A DNA stretch of 64,000 nucleotides from Clostridia bacterium (GCA_017501225.1 JAFVXH010000007.1:82501-146500), one strand, 5' to 3'; counted from the stretch's first letter, positions 34,484-45,086 are shown. Notes: generated by a model not told the origin, from the letters alone. A program made the numbers and translations.

Positions 34484-35827
34484 TCAATCAAGGAAGCCTT
34501 TGTAATTACGCATTGCCAGCTGTGCTTCGATATCGCGGACAACCTCAAGGGCTACACCGACGATAATGAGCAAGGAGGTTCCGCTGAATGCCAGGCTGGA
34601 GAAGTTGATCGAGAACGTCGTGAAGATGGCGTTTGCGATCATCGGTACACCGGCAATGACAATCAGGAAGAGCGCTCCCATCAGGGTAACGCGGTTGAGA
34701 ATCTTTTTGATATAATCCGAGGTAGGCTTGCCGGGACGAATACCGGGCACGGAACCACCCTGATTACGAATGTTGTTCGCTACTTCGATCGGATTAAAGG
34801 AAATCATGATATAGAAGTAGGAGAACGCAAGGATCAGACCGATAAAGAGTACGATATAGAAGATCGAGTCAAAGCTGAACCACTCGGTTACCCACTTCGC
34901 AAAGCCACTGCTGGGGAAAAATCCTGCGATGGTTGCGGGAATGGATACGATGGAGCTTGCGAAGATGACGGGCATAACGCCTGCCATGTTCATCTTCAGA
35001 GGAAGATTGCTGCTCTGTCCTCCGTACATCTTGCGACCGACCACTCTCTTTGCATACTGGATCGGAATTCTTCTTTCGGAGTTTGTAAACCAAACGATAA
35101 AGCCGATGGCTGCAACAGCGAGTGCCAAGGAGGCAACGACCTCCACAACACCCAGTGCGTAGCCCCACCATTTACCGTCAAACTGAGCACCCATACCGGT
35201 TACCATGCTGATCAGCTGTTGCACCATTGCAGCTCCGCGGGAGATGATGTTTGCAAACAGGATGATGGAAATACCGTTTCCGATGCCGCGCTCGTTGATC
35301 TGCTCAGCCAGCCACATGATGATTGCGGCGCCTGCGCAGAAGCAAGCAACCATAACCGCCATGCCGAAGTAGTACTTCACGGGATCGGTGGTCTTGTCGA
35401 GAAGCAGCATGCCGTTGCTCTCGAGCAGCTTGACGTATCCGTATGCGGTAACAAGGGCAAGACCCACGGTTACCCAACGGGTGTACTTGGTGATCTTCTT
35501 CTTGCCCTCGTCACCCTGCTTGGAGAGCTTTTCCAGAGCGGGGATCGCGATGGTCAGAAGCTGCATCACGATGGATGCGGTGATATAGGGCGATACCGAA
35601 AGAGCAAACAGCGTTGCCTGTGCAAACGCATCACCGGACAGAAGACTTACGAAAGCAAAAATGCTGTCGCTACCGAGCATCTCGGTAAACTGGCTGATGG
35701 TGTTGACGTTTACGTAAGGAACGTACAGATTTGCACCGATGCGGTACAGCAGGATGATCATTACGGTAAAGAGCAATTTGGCTCTGAGTTCGGGGACTTT
35801 CCACGCGTTTTTAAACGTCTGAAACAT
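34484..35827 (-). CDS. secY: preprotein translocase subunit SecY
   Basis: 447 aa, 10-TM pattern. LFALSVSPYITASIVMQLL and ERGIGNGISIILF. Confidence 0.96.
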   Translation of the reverse strand: MFQTFKNAWKVPELRAKLLFTVMIILLYRIGANLYVPYVNVNTISQFTEMLGSDSIFAFVSLLSGDAFAQATLFALSVSPYITASIVMQLLTIAIPALEKLSKQGDEGKKKITKYTRWVTVGLALVTAYGYVKLLESNGMLLLDKTTDPVKYYFGMAVMVACFCAGAAIIMWLAEQINERGIGNGISIILFANIISRGAAMVQQLISMVTGMGAQFDGKWWGYALGVVEVVASLALAVAAIGFIVWFTNSERRIPIQYAKRVVGRKMYGGQSSNLPLKMNMAGVMPVIFASSIVSIPATIAGFFPSSGFAKWVTEWFSFDSIFYIVLFIGLILAFSYFYIMISFNPIEVANNIRNQGGSVPGIRPGKPTSDYIKKILNRVTLMGALFLIVIAGVPMIANAIFTTFSINFSSLAFSGTSLLIIVGVALEVVRDIEAQLAMRNYKGFLD

Positions 35828-35829
35828 CC

Positions 35830-36273
35830 TTATACCTCCTCTGCCTTACCGCCTGCCGCTTCAATCTTTTCCTTAGCAGTTGCCGTAAAGACGGATGCCT
35901 TGACGGTGAGCTTTTTGGTGAGTTCGCCGTTACCAAGAACCTTCAATCCATCCATGGGCTTGCGAATAATTTTTGCTGCGAGGAGCATCTCGAGATCCAC
36001 CTCGGTACCGTCAACAAAACGGTTGAGCGTCTCTACGTTTACGATCGCATAGTTGGTTGCAAAGCGATAGTTGGTAAAGCCTCTCTTGGGGTGCTGTCTG
36101 TAAATCGGGAACTGACCGCCCTCAAAGCCGGGTCTTACACCACCGCCGGAACGAGCGTTCTGACCCTTGTGACCCTTGCCGGCAGTCTTGCCGTTTCCGG
36201 ATCCGGGGCCTCTGCCCTTACGCCATGCGGACTTTGCAGAGCCTTCTGCAGGACTCAATTCATGGAGTTTCAT
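35830..36273 (-). CDS. rplO: 50S ribosomal protein L15
   Basis: [38 protein letters not shown]. Confidence 0.97.
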   Translation of the reverse strand: MKLHELSPAEGSAKSAWRKGRGPGSGNGKTAGKGHKGQNARSGGGVRPGFEGGQFPIYRQHPKRGFTNYRFATNYAIVNVETLNRFVDGTEVDLEMLLAAKIIRKPMDGLKVLGNGELTKKLTVKASVFTATAKEKIEAAGGKAEEV

Positions 36274-36286
36274 TGTGCTTACCTCC

Positions 36287-36469
36287 TTATGCGTTTTCTA
36301 CGGTTTCAACCGTAACCAGGTGAGAAAGAACCTTCACCTTGCCTGCGAGAGCGGCGCTGTCCTCATGAATGATGAAATCGCCGACCTTCTTCAGACCAAG
36401 GGACTGTGCGGTTGCCTTCTGGTTGGGCTTGCAACCGATCAGGCTTTTTGTAAGTGTAACCTTTTTCAT
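36287..36469 (-). CDS. rpmD: 50S ribosomal protein L30
   Basis: [31 protein letters not shown]. Confidence 0.95.
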   Translation of the reverse strand: MKKVTLTKSLIGCKPNQKATAQSLGLKKVGDFIIHEDSAALAGKVKVLSHLVTVETVENA

Positions 36470-36486
36470 ATTCCGTTACCTCCCAC

Positions 36487-36990
36487 TCAAGCCTTGACTT
36501 GCTCTACCGGGATGTCACGAATCTTCGCAACCTCCTCAGCAGTGCGCAGCGCCTTCAAGCCTTCCATGGTTGCCTTAACAACGTTGGTAGGATTGTTGGA
36601 GCGCAAGCACTTTGCGCGAATGTTCTTAATGCCGGCAGCCTCAAGGACCATACGGACCTTGCCGCCTGCGATAATACCGGTACCGGGTGCAGCGGGCTTC
36701 AGGAGCACCTTGCCTGCGCCAAATACGCCGATTACCTCGTGAGGGATAGACGTTCCCTTCAGGGAAACGGTTACCATGTTCTTCTTTGCGTCTTCAATTC
36801 CCTTGCGGATTGCTTCGGGAACCTCGGCTGCCTTACCAAGACCAACGCCGACGTGACCTGCACCGTCGCCTACAACCATCAGAGCTGCAAAGCGGGCAAC
36901 ACGACCACCCTTAACGGTCTTGGAAACACGGTTCAGAGCGATGAGAGATTCTTTCAAATCATGCTCAGCGGGATTAAATTTTTCTGCCAT
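36487..36990 (-). CDS. rpsE: 30S ribosomal protein S5
   Basis: [43 protein letters not shown]. Start at ATG 36990 (GGAGGAAAAT upstream). Confidence 0.97.
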   Translation of the reverse strand: MAEKFNPAEHDLKESLIALNRVSKTVKGGRVARFAALMVVGDGAGHVGVGLGKAAEVPEAIRKGIEDAKKNMVTVSLKGTSIPHEVIGVFGAGKVLLKPAAPGTGIIAGGKVRMVLEAAGIKNIRAKCLRSNNPTNVVKATMEGLKALRTAEEVAKIRDIPVEQVKA

Positions 36991-37050
36991 ATTTTCCTCC
37001 AAAATGTTCAATGAACTTAAAGTTTGTTGAACAGTGTATAAACCGGAAAA

Positions 37051-37410
37051 TCAGAACTTCAGGCCGCCCTCGCGAGCGCCGTCAGCCAGTTCCGATACAC
37101 GTCCGTGATACAGATAGCCGCCACGGTCAAATACAACCTCGGTGATGCCCTCTGCAATTGCTTTCTCGGCAATCATCTTGCCGACTTCGCGTGCTGCTGC
37201 CTTGTTTCCGCCGTTCTCAGCAAAGCTTTTTCCGAAAGTGGAAGCGCTTACCAGAGTTACGCCCTTGACGTCATCAATGATCTGCGCGCTGATGTTCGCA
37301 TTCGAGCGATATACAGCAAGACGCGGACGCTCCGCAGTACCGGAAATCTTTGCTCTGACTCTCTTATGTCTCTTCAGACGAGCCTTGTTTGCATCTTTTC
37401 TTGATACCAT
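37051..37410 (-). CDS. rplR: 50S ribosomal protein L18
   Basis: [36 protein letters not shown]...[12 protein letters not shown]. Confidence 0.97.
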   Translation of the reverse strand: MVSRKDANKARLKRHKRVRAKISGTAERPRLAVYRSNANISAQIIDDVKGVTLVSASTFGKSFAENGGNKAAAREVGKMIAEKAIAEGITEVVFDRGGYLYHGRVSELADGAREGGLKF

Positions 37411-37429
37411 GTCACTTCACTCCTTTCAA

Positions 37430-37999
37430 TTATTTGCCCTTACCGGCCTTACCGGCCTTGCGGCGTACATACTCATCGGCATATTTAACACCCTTGCCGT
37501 GGTAGGGTTCGGGAGGTCTCTTACCGCGGATAACCGCAGCCATCTGACCAACCTTCTGCTTGTTGATACCCTTTACGATGATGGTATTGGGATCCGGAAC
37601 ATCAAAGGTGATGCCGTCTTCCTCGGTGATGCAGAACTTTGCCTGAGGAAGGCCGGTGGACACCAGGGAGTGACCAAGATACAGCTGAAGGGTCTTGCCC
37701 TGCTTTACAACCTTGTAGCCGACGCCAACAACCTCCAGCTTTTTGGAGTAGCCGTTGGTAACGCCCTCTACCATGTTGAACAGCAATGCACGAGTCAAGC
37801 CGTGCAAGCTTCTGTCCTCTTTTTCATCGGTAGGACGGGTAACGATGAGCTCGCTTCCCTCCTGCTTGATGTTCATGCGGGGATGCAATTGCTCGGTCAG
37901 GGTGCCGAGCTTACCGGTTACGGTAACGAGATTGTCACTTCCTACGGTGACAGTAACGCCTGCGGGAATCGCAATGGGCATTCTTCCAATTCTAGACAT
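37430..37999 (-). CDS. rplF: 50S ribosomal protein L6
   Basis: MSRIGRMPIAIPAGVTVTVGSDNLVTVTGKLGTL. Confidence 0.97.
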   Translation of the reverse strand: MSRIGRMPIAIPAGVTVTVGSDNLVTVTGKLGTLTEQLHPRMNIKQEGSELIVTRPTDEKEDRSLHGLTRALLFNMVEGVTNGYSKKLEVVGVGYKVVKQGKTLQLYLGHSLVSTGLPQAKFCITEEDGITFDVPDPNTIIVKGINKQKVGQMAAVIRGKRPPEPYHGKGVKYADEYVRRKAGKAGKGK

Positions 38000-38020
38000 T
38001 GTTAATACCTCCCGTTCCGA

Positions 38021-38419
38021 TTACCATACAAACGCGAGGACTTCGCCGCCAACGTTGAGCGACTTTGCCTTCTTGCCTGTCATGATACCCTTGGATGTGG
38101 AAACGATTGCAATGCCGAGGCCGTTCATTACGCTGGGCATATCCTCGCAGCCCGCGTAGATACGCAGACCGGGCTTGGATACGCGGCGGATGCCACGAAT
38201 GACCTTCTGCTTGCCCTGCAGGTACTTCAGGGTAACACGGATGATTCCCTGCTTACCGTCATCGATGACCTGATAGGACTTTACATAACCCTCCTCAACG
38301 AGGATATCGGCGATTGCCTTCTTCATGTTGGATGCCGGAATGTCAACAGTCTGATGCTTTGCATTGTTTGCATTGCGGATTCTGGTGAGCATATCGGCAA
38401 TTACGTCTGACATTTGCAT
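38021..38419 (-). CDS. rpsH: 30S ribosomal protein S8
   Basis: [25 protein letters not shown]. Start at ATG 38419 with an AAGGAGGAAAAAAAT RBS, not the track start 38446. Confidence 0.97.
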   Translation of the reverse strand: MQMSDVIADMLTRIRNANNAKHQTVDIPASNMKKAIADILVEEGYVKSYQVIDDGKQGIIRVTLKYLQGKQKVIRGIRRVSKPGLRIYAGCEDMPSVMNGLGIAIVSTSKGIMTGKKAKSLNVGGEVLAFVW

Positions 38420-38547
38420 ATTTTTTTCCTCCTTATGCAAGTACATTTTCTTGCTGCCGTTTTCGCGGCGGCGTATCGGCGGTTAAATCGGACTGCCCGT
38501 GTTGCTTTGGGCCGGTTTGATTTCCTTCCGATAGTTGGGGATTTTGA

Positions 38548-38733
38548 TTACCAGGATGCTTTTCTTACGCCCGGGATCTCGCCCTTGTAGGCAAGGTTAC
38601 GGAAGCAGATACGGCAGATGCCGAACTTACGGAGATAAGCGTGGGGACGACCGCAGATCTTGCAACGGTTGTACTCTCTGGTAGAGAACTTCTGTTCCTT
38701 CTGCTGCTTGTTGATCATAGCTTTCTTAGCCAT
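38548..38733 (-). CDS. rpsN: 30S ribosomal protein S14, type Z (zinc-binding)
   Basis: 61 aa. [22 protein letters not shown] (CxxC...CxxC). Confidence 0.96.
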   Translation of the reverse strand: MAKKAMINKQQKEQKFSTREYNRCKICGRPHAYLRKFGICRICFRNLAYKGEIPGVRKASW

Positions 38734-38750
38734 CGTTATTACCTCCCGAA

Positions 38751-39290
38751 TTATTTCGCAAAGGGAGCGCCGAACATCTTCAACAAAGCGCGCGCCTCTT
38801 CGTCGGTTTCTGCAGTGGTTACAAAGCAGATATCCATACCTCTGATCTTCTCTACCTTATCGTACTCGATTTCGGGGAAGATCAGCTGCTCTTTCAGACC
38901 GAGCGCGTAGTTGCCGCGGCCGTCAAAAGCGTTGGGGTTGATGCCCTTGAAGTCACGAACTCTGGGCAGAGAGAAGTTGAACAGTCTGTCCATGAACTCG
39001 TACATCTTTTCACCGCGCAGAGTGACCTTCGCACCGATCTTCATGCCCTGACGGAGCTTGAAGTTTGCAACGGACTTCTTTGCGTAGGTGGGAACTGCCT
39101 TCTGACCGGTGATGATACCGAGATCGCGAAGAACAGCGTCCAGAGCCTTTGCGTTATCCTTTGCATCACCGACACCGACGTTGACAACGATCTTGTCAAG
39201 CTTCGGGATCTGCATGACGCTCTTGTAGTTGAACTGCTTCATCAGTGCGGGAGCAATTTCAGCCTTATACAATTCCTTCATTCTAGCCAT
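38751..39290 (-). CDS. rplE: 50S ribosomal protein L5
   Basis: [43 protein letters not shown]. Confidence 0.97.
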   Translation of the reverse strand: MARMKELYKAEIAPALMKQFNYKSVMQIPKLDKIVVNVGVGDAKDNAKALDAVLRDLGIITGQKAVPTYAKKSVANFKLRQGMKIGAKVTLRGEKMYEFMDRLFNFSLPRVRDFKGINPNAFDGRGNYALGLKEQLIFPEIEYDKVEKIRGMDICFVTTAETDEEARALLKMFGAPFAK

Positions 39291-39304
39291 GGTTGCGTCC
39301 CTCC

Positions 39305-39622
39305 TTAGTCAAATTTGTGTCCGCACTTTGCGCACACACGAACCTTTTTGCCGTCAACTACCTCGTGACGAACACGAACACCCTTCTTGCAGGTGGGGCA
39401 GTAGAGAGCGACGTTGGAAGCGTAAATTGCGCCCTCAGCGTCAACAATACCGCCGGTCTCGCCCTGCTTGCGAGCCTTTACGTGCTTGTGAATGATGTTT
39501 ACACCCTTCACAAGAACCTTGCCCTCTTCGGGAGAAACTGCGATAACCTCGCCCTGTACACCCTTATCATCTCCGGAGAGAACAACAACGGTATCATTTG
39601 TCTTAATGTGCATTTTAGCCAT
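39305..39622 (-). CDS. rplX: 50S ribosomal protein L24 (with C-terminal CxxC...CxxC)
   Basis: [29 protein letters not shown] is the KOW region. The C-terminus reads [33 protein letters not shown]. Confidence 0.96.
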   Translation of the reverse strand: MAKMHIKTNDTVVVLSGDDKGVQGEVIAVSPEEGKVLVKGVNIIHKHVKARKQGETGGIVDAEGAIYASNVALYCPTCKKGVRVRHEVVDGKKVRVCAKCGHKFD

Positions 39623-39637
39623 TGTCCGTTACCTCCA

Positions 39638-40006
39638 TCAAAGTACTTCGGGAGCCAGAGAAAGGATCTTCAGATAATCCTTCTCACGGAGCTCTCTTGC
39701 GATCGGGCCAAAGATACGGGTTCCACGAGGAGTCTTGTCCTCACGGATGATCACCGCTGCGTTCTCATCGAACTTGATATAAGAGCCGTCTGCTCTCTTC
39801 ATGCCGTGCACAGTTCTTACAACGACTGCCTTGACAACGTCACCCTTCTTGACGACGCCGCCGGGAGCTGCCTTCTTGACTGCGCAGACAACCACGTCAC
39901 CGATATTGGCATATCTTCTGCCGGTGCCGCCCAGGACTCTGATGCACATCAGCTCCTTAGCACCCGTGTTATCGGCAACCTTCATTAATGTTTGCTGCTG
40001 AATCAC
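39638..40006 (-). CDS. rplN: 50S ribosomal protein L14
   Basis: GTG start. [27 protein letters not shown]. Confidence 0.97.
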   Translation of the reverse strand: MIQQQTLMKVADNTGAKELMCIRVLGGTGRRYANIGDVVVCAVKKAAPGGVVKKGDVVKAVVVRTVHGMKRADGSYIKFDENAAVIIREDKTPRGTRIFGPIARELREKDYLKILSLAPEVL

Positions 40007-40082
40007 TTTAATTTCCTCCTACTGATTCAATACGCTACGACGTATTTACTATTCGAATGAATTTCGTTTTGGGAAGGCGAAA

Positions 40083-40340
40083 TTATTTCGCCTTCTCAAT
40101 GATTTCGACAACGCGCCATCTCTTCGTCTTGGAGAGAGGTCTTGTCTCCATGATCTTAACCTTATCGCCCTCGCCGCAAGCGTTTGCGTCATCCTGTGCG
40201 TGAACCTTCAGGGTTCTCTTTACGATCTTGCCGTAAATGGGATGCTTGACGTTATCCTTGATGGCGACCACAACGGTCTTATCCATCTTGTTGCTAACGA
40301 CCAGACCGACTCTGGTTTTTCTCAGTGCTCTTTCTTCCAT
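40083..40340 (-). CDS. rpsQ: 30S ribosomal protein S17
   Basis: [44 protein letters not shown]. Confidence 0.97.
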   Translation of the reverse strand: MEERALRKTRVGLVVSNKMDKTVVVAIKDNVKHPIYGKIVKRTLKVHAQDDANACGEGDKVKIMETRPLSKTKRWRVVEIIEKAK

Positions 40341-40343
40341 GAC

Positions 40344-40541
40344 TTAAGCCTCCTCTTTCTTCATTTCCTGAAGAACCGTCATCACGCGAGCGATGTCGTG
40401 CTTTACTTCAGTCATCTTGTGAGGGTTGTCAAGTTGGTTGATCGCATGCTGGAAGCGGAGATTGAACAGCTCAGCCTTGAGTTCCTTCAGCTTTGCTTCA
40501 AGTGCCTCAACAGACATGCTTCTGAGTTCTGCTGCTTTCAT
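40344..40541 (-). CDS. rpmC: 50S ribosomal protein L29
   Basis: MKAAELRSMSVEALEAKLKELKAELFNLRFQHA. Confidence 0.96.
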   Translation of the reverse strand: MKAAELRSMSVEALEAKLKELKAELFNLRFQHAINQLDNPHKMTEVKHDIARVMTVLQEMKKEEA

Positions 40542-40544
40542 TGA

Positions 40545-40970
40545 TTAACCCTCCTTTGCTTCAGTTTCTCTGGTAATGAACTTGGTTTTGATGGGAAGCT
40601 TGTGGCCTGCAAGACGCATTGCCTCTTTTGCGACGTCCTCAGCAACACCGTCCATCTCGAACAAAATTCTACCCGGCTTTACAACAGCCACCCAGTACTC
40701 GGGAGATCCCTTACCGGAACCCATACGGGTCTCAGCAGGCTTCTCGGTGATGGGCTTATCGGGGAAAATCTTGATCCAAACCTGACCGCCACGGCGGATA
40801 TAACGCGTCATAGCGATACGGGCAGCCTCGATCTGATTGCTGGTGATCCAAGCGGGCTCAAGTGCAACAAGACCGTAGTTACCGTTGCTCAGCTTGATGC
40901 CGCGGGATGCCTTGCCCTTCAGTCTTCCGCGCTGTACACGGCGGAATTTTACTCTTTTTGGCATTAACAT
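40545..40970 (-). CDS. rplP: 50S ribosomal protein L16
   Basis: [24 protein letters not shown]...[25 protein letters not shown]. Confidence 0.97.
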   Translation of the reverse strand: MLMPKRVKFRRVQRGRLKGKASRGIKLSNGNYGLVALEPAWITSNQIEAARIAMTRYIRRGGQVWIKIFPDKPITEKPAETRMGSGKGSPEYWVAVVKPGRILFEMDGVAEDVAKEAMRLAGHKLPIKTKFITRETEAKEG

Positions 40971-40972
40971 AA

Positions 40973-41770
40973 TTACTTCGCGCCTCCTTCTCTAGGAGTT
41001 CTTTCTCTGCGAGGTGCGCCGGGACGTGCATCTCTGCGATCGCCACGGTTGTTGCCTCTGCGGTCACCGCGGTTATCTCTGCGCTCGCCGCGATTGTCTC
41101 TGCGGTCGTTGCGTCTTTGATTGCTGCCGGGTCTGTTGACCTCGTTGAGAATCTCACCCTTGTAGATCCATACCTTGATACCGATCTTACCGTAGGTGGT
41201 GTTTGCTTCTGCAAAGCCGTACTCGATGTCGGCTCTGATGGTCTGAAGCGGGATGGTGCCCTCGTGGTAGTGCTCGGAGCGAGCGATCTCTGCGCCACCC
41301 AGACGGCCGCTGCAGTTGATCTTGATACCCTTTGCACCAAGTCTCATGGTGTTGCGGATGGACATCTTCATTGCACGTCTGAACGCTACGCGGTTCTCGA
41401 GCTGCTTTGCGATGTTCTCTGCAACGAGCTGTGCGTCAAGGTCGGGCTGACGGATCTCAACAACGTTGAGAGCCACAGGCATGCCAACCATAGCTTCCAG
41501 CTTCTGTCTGTATTTCTCGATCTCAACGCCGCCGCGGCCAATCACCATGCCGGGCTTTGCGCAGTTAACGAACACTCTGACTCTGTGGCCGTCGCGCTCG
41601 ATCTCGATCTTGGAAACACCTGCGTCATACAGTTCCTTCTTCAAGTACTTTCTGACATTGTAGTCGGAAACAAGGGTATCTCCAAAGACTTCGTCCTTTG
41701 CGAACCATCTCGAATTCCAATTCTTAATAACGCCCACTCTCAAACCGTGGGGATTTACCTTTTGACCCAT
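40973..41770 (-). CDS. rpsC: 30S ribosomal protein S3 (with Arg/Asp-rich C-terminal repeat tail)
   Basis: [24 protein letters not shown] with KH and S3-C domains. The tail reads [49 protein letters not shown]. Confidence 0.97.
   Translation of the reverse strand: MGQKVNPHGLRVGVIKNWNSRWFAKDEVFGDTLVSDYNVRKYLKKELYDAGVSKIEIERDGHRVRVFVNCAKPGMVIGRGGVEIEKYRQKLEAMVGMPVALNVVEIRQPDLDAQLVAENIAKQLENRVAFRRAMKMSIRNTMRLGAKGIKINCSGRLGGAEIARSEHYHEGTIPLQTIRADIEYGFAEANTTYGKIGIKVWIYKGEILNEVNRPGSNQRRNDRRDNRGERRDNRGDRRGNNRGDRRDARPGAPRRERTPREGGAK
41056..41118 (-). repeat. three imperfect in-frame 21-bp tandem repeats inside the rpsC 3' end
   Basis: Plus strand: ctctgcggtcaccgcggttat / ctctgcgctcgccgcgattgt / ctctgcggtcgttgcgtcttt. 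Units 1 and 2 are identical at 17 of 21 positions. They encode the RRDNRG(E/D)-type heptads. Confidence 0.7.
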
Positions 41771-41789
41771 TCTGTTGTTTCCTCCTCTC

Positions 41790-42125
41790 TCAGTCTCTTT
41801 CCTTGACAGCCAGGGTGATGTGGCTGGTTCTCTTCAGGATGCGGTCTGCGCTTCCCTTTGCACGAGGCATGATTCTCTTCAGAGTCGGGCCGGGGCAAAC
41901 AAAGCACTCAGACACATACAGCTTGCTGGCATCCATGTGGAAGTTGTTTTCCGCATTTGCGATTGCGCTGTTGAGGAGCTTGATGAGAAGCTCGGATGCA
42001 GCGCGGGGCTTGTTCTTCAGAATTCCCATAGCGGTAGCAGCATCCTTGCCTCTGATGAGGTCAAGCACGTACTGCACTTTGCGAGGGGAAATTCTTGCAT
42101 ACTTCAAATAAGCTTTTGCTTCCAT
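41790..42125 (-). CDS. rplV: 50S ribosomal protein L22
   Basis: [37 protein letters not shown]. Confidence 0.97.
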   Translation of the reverse strand: MEAKAYLKYARISPRKVQYVLDLIRGKDAATAMGILKNKPRAASELLIKLLNSAIANAENNFHMDASKLYVSECFVCPGPTLKRIMPRAKGSADRILKRTSHITLAVKERD

Positions 42126-42142
42126 TTCAATTCCCTCCTCTA

Positions 42143-42424
42143 TTATTTACCGTTATTGGATGTTTTGGAGCCTGCGTGGCCCTTGAACGTGCGGGTGGGC
42201 GCGAACTCACCCAGCTTGTGACCTACCATGTCCTCGGTTACATATACCGGAACGTGCTTCTTACCGTCATGAACAGCAATGGTATGACCGACAAATTCCG
42301 GGAATATGGTGGATGCGCGGGACCAGGTCTTAAGAACCTTCTTCTCGTTCTTTGCGTTCATTTCGCAAATACGATTAAAGAGCTTCTCTTCGACGAACGG
42401 TGCTTTTTTAAGACTTCTGCTCAT
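42143..42424 (-). CDS. rpsS: 30S ribosomal protein S19
   Basis: [15 protein letters not shown]...[35 protein letters not shown]. Confidence 0.97.
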   Translation of the reverse strand: MSRSLKKAPFVEEKLFNRICEMNAKNEKKVLKTWSRASTIFPEFVGHTIAVHDGKKHVPVYVTEDMVGHKLGEFAPTRTFKGHAGSKTSNNGK

Positions 42425-42438
42425 TTTATATTCCCTCC

Positions 42439-43269
42439 TTACTTCGCATTTCTACGCTTTACGATGAACTTATCGGTGCGCGCTTTCTTGTTTCTGGTCT
42501 TGTAACCCAGAGCAGGCTTACCCCAAGGAGTAACAGGTCCGGGACGACCAACGGGGGACTTACCTTCACCACCACCGTGAGGGTGATCGCAGGGGTTCAT
42601 AACAGAACCGCGAACGGTGGGACGGATGCCCTTGTGTCTGGTCTTACCGGCCTTACCGACCTTAACGGTGTCGTGCTCAACGTTACCAACCTGACCGATG
42701 GTAGCCTTGCACTCCAGGCGGATATAACGAACCTCGCCGGAGGGCAGACGAACCTGTGCTACGCCGTTCTCCTTGGAGATCAGCTGTGCCATAGCACCTG
42801 CGGAGCGAACGAGCTGTGCGCCCTTGCCGGGATACAACTCGATGTTGTTGATAACGGTACCAACGGGAATGTTGGCAATGGGAAGGGTGTTACCGGGCTT
42901 AATGTCAGCCTCGGCACTGGAGTACACAACGTCACCTGCCTTCAAGCCCTCGGGAGCGATGATATAGCTCTTGGTTCCCTCGGTATCCTGCAGCAATGCA
43001 ATGTACGCGGTTCTGTTGGGGTCGTACTCGATACCAACAACGGTATTTGCATTTGCGTTCTGACGCTTGAAGTCGATGATTCTGTACTTAACCTTGTTTC
43101 CGCCGCCTCTGTGGCGAACGGTGATGCGACCGTAGCTGTTACGGCCTGCGTGCTTTTTCTTCGTAACGATCAGGCTCTTTTCGGGAGAGAACTTGGTGAT
43201 CTCCTCGAAAGAAGGAACGGACATGTTTCTTCTGGCCGGCGTTGTGGGTTTATACTTAACCGTAGGCAT
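42439..43269 (-). CDS. rplB: 50S ribosomal protein L2
   Basis: [27 protein letters not shown]...[19 protein letters not shown]. Confidence 0.97.
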   Translation of the reverse strand: MPTVKYKPTTPARRNMSVPSFEEITKFSPEKSLIVTKKKHAGRNSYGRITVRHRGGGNKVKYRIIDFKRQNANANTVVGIEYDPNRTAYIALLQDTEGTKSYIIAPEGLKAGDVVYSSAEADIKPGNTLPIANIPVGTVINNIELYPGKGAQLVRSAGAMAQLISKENGVAQVRLPSGEVRYIRLECKATIGQVGNVEHDTVKVGKAGKTRHKGIRPTVRGSVMNPCDHPHGGGEGKSPVGRPGPVTPWGKPALGYKTRNKKARTDKFIVKRRNAK

Positions 43270-43287
43270 TCTTCTTTCCTCCTACTC

Positions 43288-43590
43288 TTAGTTAAGGCCT
43301 GCGAAGAACTCGATCTCGCCGGAATCAGCAGTCAGAGTAACGATTGCTTTCTTCCATTCGGACGTGTAACCGAAGTGTACACCGAGTCTCTTGGGCTTCT
43401 TTTTCATGTTGACGATGCGAACGCACTCCACTTTTACCTTGTTGGACGCGAATACTTCCTCGACAGCCTTTGCAATCTCAGGCTTGGTAGCATTCTTGGC
43501 AACTTCGAAAACGTACTTTCTCTGTGCCATCATATCCATAGCGGATTCCGTGATAATGGGACGGATAATAATATCGTGTGCCAATTTCAT
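43288..43590 (-). CDS. rplW: 50S ribosomal protein L23
   Basis: IIRPIITESAMDMMAQRKYVFEVAKNATKPEIAKAVEEVF. Its start overlaps the rplD stop by 1 nt (TAATG). Confidence 0.96.
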   Translation of the reverse strand: MKLAHDIIIRPIITESAMDMMAQRKYVFEVAKNATKPEIAKAVEEVFASNKVKVECVRIVNMKKKPKRLGVHFGYTSEWKKAIVTLTADSGEIEFFAGLN

Positions 43591-44306
43591 TATGCGTACA
43601 CCTCCTCAAGCTTCTTCACTGCTTCAACGGTCAAGACGAGCTTCTCAGCATTCAGAACGTCGTAAACGCTCAGCGTGGTGCACTGGGTGGTCTTGACGGT
43701 GGGAATGTTTGCGCAGCTCTTAATGACAGCAGTGTCAACGCTATCCAGAACAACCAGGGTCTTCTGAGCCTTGACTGCTTCCTTGGTAGCGGTACCGTAA
43801 ACAGGAGCGCCGTCCTCTACGGTAACGGTCTTATAGGTCTTGGTGTAGGTCTTCTCAAAGCCGAATGCCTTGAACATGCCTACCAAGATCTTGGTGGAGG
43901 GCTTGTTGCCTTCCAGAGTGATGTTGTCAACTACAACGAGGTTACCGGACGCAACCTTGTCGGACAGTGCGCTGAACAGTGCAACTCTGCGAGTCTTCTT
44001 GTTCATTGCAAGGCGGTAATCTCTGGGCTTCGGGCCAAGAGCGATACCACCGTGAGTCCACTGAGGAGAGCGAGTGGAGCCCTGACGTGCTCTACCGGTT
44101 CCCTTCTGTCTCCAAGGCTTTCTACCGCCACCGGAAACCTCGGAACGGGTCAGGGTGGACTGGGTGCCTTGTCTTTGGTTCATCAGATATGCTCTGACTG
44201 CAGCATGGAGGACAGCGCCGTTTACCTCTGCTCCGAACAGCTTATCGTTCAGTGCGAGCTCGCCGACTTCGTTGCCGGACATATTCAAAATCTTTACAAC
44301 TGGCAT
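43590..44306 (-). CDS. rplD: 50S ribosomal protein L4 (238 aa, internal insertion)
   Basis: TLTRSEVSGGGRKPWRQKGTGRARQGSTRSPQWTHGG. An extra segment EKTYTKTYKTVTVEDGAPVYGTATKEAVKAQ lies in the C-terminal half. Confidence 0.96.
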   Translation of the reverse strand: MPVVKILNMSGNEVGELALNDKLFGAEVNGAVLHAAVRAYLMNQRQGTQSTLTRSEVSGGGRKPWRQKGTGRARQGSTRSPQWTHGGIALGPKPRDYRLAMNKKTRRVALFSALSDKVASGNLVVVDNITLEGNKPSTKILVGMFKAFGFEKTYTKTYKTVTVEDGAPVYGTATKEAVKAQKTLVVLDSVDTAVIKSCANIPTVKTTQCTTLSVYDVLNAEKLVLTVEAVKKLEEVYA

Positions 44307-44325
44307 TTTCTATTCCTCCTTCCGC

Positions 44326-44952
44326 TTATGCTTTCACAGAATCGCGAATGAACACGATACCGTTCTTGGCGCCGGGAATGGCACCCTTGATGGCAATCAG
44401 GTTCTTTTCGCTATCAATCTTGACAATCGTGAGGTTGAGAACAGTTACCTGCTCGTTACCGTACTGACCTGCCATCTTCTTGTTCTTGAAGATTCTTGCA
44501 GGGTCAATAACACCCATGGAACCGGACTGACGGTGAATCGGACCGATACCGTGAGTTGCACCCAACAGGTGGAGGTTCCATCTCTTGATCGCACCGGTGT
44601 ATCCGCGGCCCTTCGTCGTACCCGTTACATCGACCTTCTCGCCTGCGGCGAAGGTATCGACGGTGATGAAGTCACCTACGTTTGCGGAGCAATCTTCAAG
44701 GCGGAATTCCTTGAGGTGCTTTTTGCAGGGAACGTTTGCTGCTGCAAAGTGTCCCTTTTCTGCTTTGGTCAAATGCTTCTCCTTAACTTCCTGGAAGCCA
44801 AGCTGAAGTGCATTGTAGCCGTCCTTCTCGACGGTCTTCTTTTGTGCGACTACGCACGGGCCTGCTTCGATAACAGTTACGGGAATGACGTTGCCGATCT
44901 CGTCAAAGATCTGCGTCATACCGATTTTCTTACCGATAATACCCTTTTTCAT
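44326..44952 (-). CDS. rplC: 50S ribosomal protein L3
   Basis: [35 protein letters not shown]. Confidence 0.97.
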   Translation of the reverse strand: MKKGIIGKKIGMTQIFDEIGNVIPVTVIEAGPCVVAQKKTVEKDGYNALQLGFQEVKEKHLTKAEKGHFAAANVPCKKHLKEFRLEDCSANVGDFITVDTFAAGEKVDVTGTTKGRGYTGAIKRWNLHLLGATHGIGPIHRQSGSMGVIDPARIFKNKKMAGQYGNEQVTVLNLTIVKIDSEKNLIAIKGAIPGAKNGIVFIRDSVKA

Positions 44953-45086
44953 GTTGTTTTTTCCTCCTGTAAATTATTGGTTGACATCTTGCCAACGTGA
45001 CTTACAAAGTTACCGATCATTTCGACCTTTCGGTCAACAACTCGGCTGTTGTCTTTGTTTTGGCTTGAAATGAGATTTGCTTGATA

